DNA of 64,000 bases from Dehalococcoidia bacterium (GTDB lineage Bacteria > Chloroflexota > Dehalococcoidia > Lucifugimonadales > JAGWBF01). Position numbers and translations under genes: made by a program. The stretch spans positions 9,393 to 73,392 of the forward strand of contig CBDDDW010000016.1 of NCBI GenBank assembly GCA_965226805.1. Reading direction: 5' to 3'. This document shows positions 62,273 through 64,000 of this stretch, one piece after another; the stretch's first letter is position 1, and each line of letters starts with the position of its first letter. The notes under the pieces were generated by a model. It saw only the letters and a list, made by a program, of their open reading frames with translations. It ran no database searches and was not told where the DNA came from.

Positions 62273-63205
62273 GTGGCAACGAAACAAGTACCTACACACG
62301 AGGAAGTGCTGGGTTATGTAAAGTCCCTTAGCAACTGGGGAAGGTGGGGTCCCGATGACGAGCTGGGCACTCTCAATCTGATCACGCCGGAAAAGCGGGC
62401 TCAAGCGGCGGGCCTTGTGAAGGAAGGGATTAGCGTGACCTGCTCAAGGCCCATTGTTCCCGAGATCGCACCGGATGTGACTTCGATCCCTCCCCTTCAC
62501 TACATGATCCGCACGGGGGAATCGGCTCCCAGCAGCGGCGCCGGCGCCTCGGCGGACTTCATCGGTCTGTCCTGCCACGGATTCACCGTTACCCACGTCG
62601 ACAGCCTGTGCCATATGTTCTGGGACGGGAAGATGTACAACGGGAAGCCCGCGTCCATGGTGAATACCACTCAGAAGGCCACCGCAGGCCACATCGACAA
62701 TGCGCGTGAAGGTGTCGTGACTCGGGGCGTTCTGCTGGATATTGCGCGGCTTAAGGGCAAGGACTGGCTGGAGCCGGGCGAGGCGGTCTTTCCCGAGGAC
62801 CTGGAGGCGGCCGAGGCGGCGCAGGGGGTCCGCGTGGAGGAAGGGGATGCTCTTCTCCTTAGACTGGGCTGGTACGAGCGCCGGATGGAGCTGGGGTCTC
62901 CCACATCCATGCAGCGACCCGGACTGCACGCAGCTACTCTCCCGTGGATGCACCAGCGCGGCGTCTCCATCACCGCAGCCGACGCGTCCCATGATGTGGA
63001 CCCATCCGGATATCCCGAGATAGGGCTGCCTCTTCACGCCATAGGAATCCCCACGATGGGCCTCTGGCTGATAGACGCAGCCAACTTCCAGGACCTGACT
63101 CAGGTATGCGCACGGCTGAACCGCTGGGAGTTCATGTTCGTCATGGCGCCCCTAAGGTTCCAAAACGCCACAGGTTCGCCCATTAACCCCCTGGCGGTCC
63201 TGTAG
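62273..63205 (+). CDS. Putative cyclase family protein (kynurenine formamidase-like fold).
   Basis: 310 aa; 'CHGFTVTHVDSLCHMFWDGKMYNG' and 'GVLLDIAR' are typical of the PF04199-type cyclase family. The start codon is GTG. Confidence 0.6.
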   Translation: MATKQVPTHEEVLGYVKSLSNWGRWGPDDELGTLNLITPEKRAQAAGLVKEGISVTCSRPIVPEIAPDVTSIPPLHYMIRTGESAPSSGAGASADFIGLSCHGFTVTHVDSLCHMFWDGKMYNGKPASMVNTTQKATAGHIDNAREGVVTRGVLLDIARLKGKDWLEPGEAVFPEDLEAAEAAQGVRVEEGDALLLRLGWYERRMELGSPTSMQRPGLHAATLPWMHQRGVSITAADASHDVDPSGYPEIGLPLHAIGIPTMGLWLIDAANFQDLTQVCARLNRWEFMFVMAPLRFQNATGSPINPLAVL

Positions 63206-63343
63206 GTCGATAATGCCTACAGACCTTTGCCATAGAAGACGGTGGTTCCAGAAGCGTTGCCATACAATATCGTAGATGTAGACACTTGGTGTCACCGTTT
63301 GGGAAGTGTGTGAACCGGCAAGCTTCAGCTGAGACTTAAGCGG

Positions 63344-64000
63344 TCACCTCTTTCGGGCAAACTTCCTGAAGCATTTGGGGTATTTGGGAGGGGTCATGTG
63401 CTGGCCCCTGATTCCGTAGGCCACGTCCCCCACGTACAGGTCTCCCCGAGAGTCCACCGCCGTACCATGGGGAGCGATGAACTGGCCAGGACCTTCCCCC
63501 TCTTCCGGGTCTCCGAATCGAGTAAGTAGCTCTCCCTGCAGGTTATATATGCTCACCCGGTGGCCCAGACCAGGACAGTCGTCAACGCCGGCCAGGCCGT
63601 TGAGCTCCCCTATGTAGAAGTTCCCTTCCGAGTCCAGACAGATCCCGTCGGGCCGGTGGATATTGTTCCACATGGTGAGAAACTTTCCGTTTGGGTCGAA
63701 CACCTGGATACGGTGATTCTCCCGGTCCGCCACGTAGACGTTGCCGTCGCTGTCTATCACGACGTTGTGGGGACGTTGGAACTGCCCGGGGTCCACGCCC
63801 GGTTCGCCCCAGGAGAGGATGAGCCTTCCGTCCGGCGAGTATTTGTGGATGCGGCAGTTGCCGTAGCCATCGGAGACGTACATGTCCCCTGTCACGGGGG
63901 AAACGGCCACGTGAGTCGGGCGGTTAAACGGTTGCCCGCCCCATTTGGGCGAAGGTTGGTTCGGCGTTCCCAACGTCATGACCAGCTCACCCTCGAGGGT
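63344..64000 (-). CDS. NHL-repeat beta-propeller protein, 5'-truncated by the window edge.
   Basis: Repeated 'P.GVAVDS.GN.YVAD..N.RIQ.F'-type units appear, e.g. 'PHNVVIDSDGNVYVADRENHRIQVFDPNGKF'. The frame stays open to base 64000. Confidence 0.75.
   Translation of the reverse strand, partial: TLEGELVMTLGTPNQPSPKWGGQPFNRPTHVAVSPVTGDMYVSDGYGNCRIHKYSPDGRLILSWGEPGVDPGQFQRPHNVVIDSDGNVYVADRENHRIQVFDPNGKFLTMWNNIHRPDGICLDSEGNFYIGELNGLAGVDDCPGLGHRVSIYNLQGELLTRFGDPEEGEGPGQFIAPHGTAVDSRGDLYVGDVAYGIRGQHMTPPKYPKCFRKFARKR

Overview
This is a 64-kb, visibly GC-rich bacterial chromosomal window. All calls come from reading the supplied ORF translations and the DNA by eye; no searches were run. I saw no rRNA, tRNA or CRISPR array, and one ncRNA (RNase P RNA, 29245..29675). 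The gene content (F420/LLM-type oxidoreductases, LL-DAP aminotransferase, archaeal-type iPGM, dense 'GTCATTCTGAGCGAAGCGAAGAATC'-type intergenic repeats) looks Chloroflexota-like, but that is only a guess.

**Core content**
- A 2-oxoacid dehydrogenase E1a/E1b/E2 cluster with lipB.
- Malate synthase.
- A his operon: HisRS-like gene, hisG, hisD, hisC, hisB.
- A purine block: purS, purC, purB, purE, purD, guaA.
- pgk, apgM and tpiA.
- miaA, dapF and dapL.
- hflX, birA, tsaC and cysS.

**Accessory or unusual content**
1. A giant (>2000 aa) envelope protein at the left edge. It has three blocks of near-identical 318/165/162-bp coding repeats, four DUF11 domains, a Pro/Thr linker and a C-terminal anchor. 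A single TAG interrupts it.
2. A complete CysRS fused to a GT2 glycosyltransferase, followed by an LmbE/PIG-L deacetylase. This is my top candidate for an undescribed system: a mycothiol/bacillithiol-like thiol-glycoside module.
3. A thiolase plus an HMG-CoA-synthase-like protein fused to DUF35, in which the nucleophile Cys appears replaced by Leu.
4. A polyprenyl-synthase-like protein with both Asp-rich motifs degenerate.
5. An intact IS5-family element with a CTAG target duplication, and an IS481-family element with an internal 27-bp duplication.
6. A HicB gene with a frameshifted hicA, a frameshifted pfk, and other small lesions.
7. At least four families of short REP/MITE-like intergenic repeats.
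8. A more AT-rich two-gene cassette of paralogous small proteins.
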